Shown here piece by piece: positions 61,529 to 64,000 of a stretch of DNA of 64,000 bases. This DNA comes from Protoeuglena noctilucae (lineage: Eukaryota), in NCBI GenBank assembly GCA_958009085.1, contig OY253674.1:1178001-1242000 (forward strand). The letters are read 5' to 3'. The position numbers and the translations under genes were made by a program. Position 1 is the stretch's first letter; every line of letters begins with the position of its first letter. Below the pieces are notes generated by a model. The model did not search any database. It was not told where the DNA came from and saw only the letters and a list, made by a program, of their open reading frames with translations.

Positions 61529-63933
61529 TCACCCCCCCCTCGCCCTCTCCGCGTCCCTCGCCGCGAATGCCGCCACCAGCACCGGCACTGCGGTGGGTAG
61601 CTGCAGTGGAGGGGGACACCGCGTGAGTGACCCCGCCTCAAAGTGCCACGAGCCGCCCTGGTGGGAGAGGGTGCGGGGGGAGAAAAGCCAGTACCTGGGG
61701 GAACAGGAGAGGGAAGGGGGGTGCTAAGAGGGTTGGGGAGGGAGGAGTGGGGGTGCGGGTGGGATGTGGTGTTTTCACACCGCCAATCAAGAGTCCATCT
61801 CCTGCCACACCTGCTACCCTGACACGTACCCCATAACTGCTCGCGGTATTTCATATACCGGATATCTCACCTGGCGTTCACTGCCCTGGCGTGCTGCACG
61901 CGGCAGCAGAGCACCGGGGCACGCCTTCCCTCGGCGTGTGCCACCCAGGTGTGGCCGCAGACGAGGGCACGGCCGCGCACCCGGAGCGTCGAGAAGAGGA
62001 CAGAGTGGGTGCGACGGAGATGACGGGCACTGGCACTTGCACTGCCACTCTCACCCGCACCCGCACCTGCACCCTCACTGCCACCACCCTCGCCACCACC
62101 ACCGCCACTCTCACCAACCCCCCCCTTTGCCAGGCACACCTCGGACCCGGTCACCCTGGCGATGAGGGGCCCTGGGTTGCTGGGAGTGCCCCAGAACACA
62201 TCGCACTGCACGGCACGCGTGGGGTATGCAACAGTCACGCATCTATCAACAGATGAGCGCAACTGTGACCCCATGCAGCGGCATACGGTCACCCCACTCC
62301 CTCACTTCCCCACTCCCTCACTCACCACATGCAGTGGCATGCTGTCAAACCCACTCCACTCATCCACTCCCACTCACCACATGTAGTGGCATGTTGTCCA
62401 CTCCCACGAAAGGCGCCGCCCAGGCATCCAACGCAGACAGCACCCGCCCCAGCCACCCATGCCGCTGTCGGGACTCATCACCACCCTCCCCCTTCACCCG
62501 ACCACCACCACCCTCTGCCCCTCCCCGCACATCCTCTCCCCTCCCCAACCCCTCACTCCCCTCCGCCACTCCCCGCACACCCTCTCCCCTCCCCACCCCC
62601 TCACCCCCCTCTGCACCCCCCCGCACATCCCCACTCTCCCTCTCCACACCCCCGCTCGGCAGCTCTCTCGCTCCCCACGTCAACTCCCCCCCCGCATGCC
62701 ACGCCGCCCCCTCCGCCTCCCCCAGCCTCCTCCGCACCGCATGCGCCACCACCCGCCCCGCCAGCTCCAACTCCAAACATTCCCTCGTATCCCTCATGTT
62801 GCTGGCATTATCCCTTTTACTTCTCACATCTCTGGCGTCCCCCACGCACCCCGGCAGCGAGGCCTCCCGCACCGCCCCCAGCGTCGTGCGCCCTGACACC
62901 AGCTGCCAGAGATCGCCAGCAGTGGGGGAGGTGCGCGACTCCGCCTCGAAACCATCTGAGAGAGATGGGGGAGAGATGGGATGGGTGATATGCACAGACT
63001 GGGTGCGCAGGGGCGAAGCGTGATGTGGGAAGGGGTGGGGAGGGGCGCACGATGGCACATGGGCAGAGGGGCGAGTGAGGACAGCACTGCTCGGCTAATC
63101 AAGCGCAGTAATGGGGTCCAATGGTAGGAAGCGTCGCGTCTCACCTGGCAGCTCCCCCGCTTTCAGGTGCGATATGTCTGGCCCCAGGTATGCGTGGCGC
63201 ATGGCACCCCACAGCGCAGCCACCAGGGCATCGGGGAGAAGGGCGCCGATGACACTGCGACGGGGGGTGGGTGGATGACGACTGGCGACAATGATGGACA
63301 AAAATAGACAGATGACCCCACGCAGTCAAAACTGGTCAACCAGCAGTGCCCTCACAGCCCCCCCCGCACTCACCCCACGTCCCTCGCATCTTTCACAAAC
63401 CCCACGTCATTCCACCGCACTGCCCGGGCTGGGCTCCTGGGCCCCTCCACGCCCGCCCCCTTCTCCGCTCGCCAACCCCGCGCCCAGTCCAGCAACGTCG
63501 CCTCCTGGGCCCCCTGCGACGTTGAAACCAAGCATGGTATTCATACATCACAGCAAATAGCCCTGCCTGTCCGTATGCTACCGCATTTCTACTCCAAAGC
63601 GCCCCTCACCTCCGCACGCTCCCGCCGTCGCGCGGCCCATCGGTCCAGGCCATCCAATCCCCATCGCCATGGATGCTCCTCGAATCCCTCCGTGTGCTCC
63701 GTGAATTGGACGGGGCCCCGGGGCCGCCGATACACCCCGGCCGGGCCAAATGCGCGGCCGCGGTGGGGAGGGGCGCGATGAGCCGACCCGGGCCCGGCCG
63801 ACGCCTCGCCCGGCGCACGGTTGTCGCCATGACGTCGTGCGTATCTCCCTCCGATGCCTCCCGGACCGCCCGCGCCGTCCCCTCTGCGCAGGTGCGCGTC
63901 GTAAGCGCGGCGCGACACAGGGCTCCCCAGCAC
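61529..63933 (-). CDS. Hypothetical multi-exon protein, possibly 5'-partial
   Basis: Open frames bounded by GT-AG sites (approx. 63611-63933, 63146-63259, 62378-62957, 61529-61694) separated by typical G/C-polarised introns. Confidence 0.5.
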
Positions 63934-64000
63934 CCGCCGGGCGTCGACGAGGCGCTGGAAGACCTCCCCGCGACTTTCCTCCCACTCCCAGATCTCCGAC

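Overview
GC-rich, intron-dense eukaryotic nuclear DNA, most likely from a flagellated green alga (inferred from DRC2 and Sfi1-like genes and a chlorophyte-style class III cyclase). About 16 spliced protein-coding genes: a beta-helix protein, an LRR-receptor tandem nucleotide cyclase, Sfi1-like, SNRNP27, COA6, a CID-like RRM protein, TSR1, RPC2/POLR3B, an embryogenesis-like mitochondrial protein, RPS19, DRC2/CCDC65, a bacterial-type GT-C-like membrane protein, TMF1/GC5, CTF8 and several unknowns. There is a complete 5.6-kb Plavaka/CMC-like DNA transposon (15-bp TIRs, 4-bp TSD, transposase frameshifted by a 26-bp duplication) and a 200-N gap. The most unusual signals are in intron architecture: (i) many introns carry decayed copies of the adjacent exon/splice junction, (ii) GC-AG donors are very frequent (7 of about 20 RPC2 introns), (iii) introns have G-rich 5' and C-rich 3' halves, and (iv) internal introns show CpG decay. 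Two tightly spaced co-oriented gene pairs are bicistronic candidates. All gene models and identities come from manual reading and motif recognition, not database searches.
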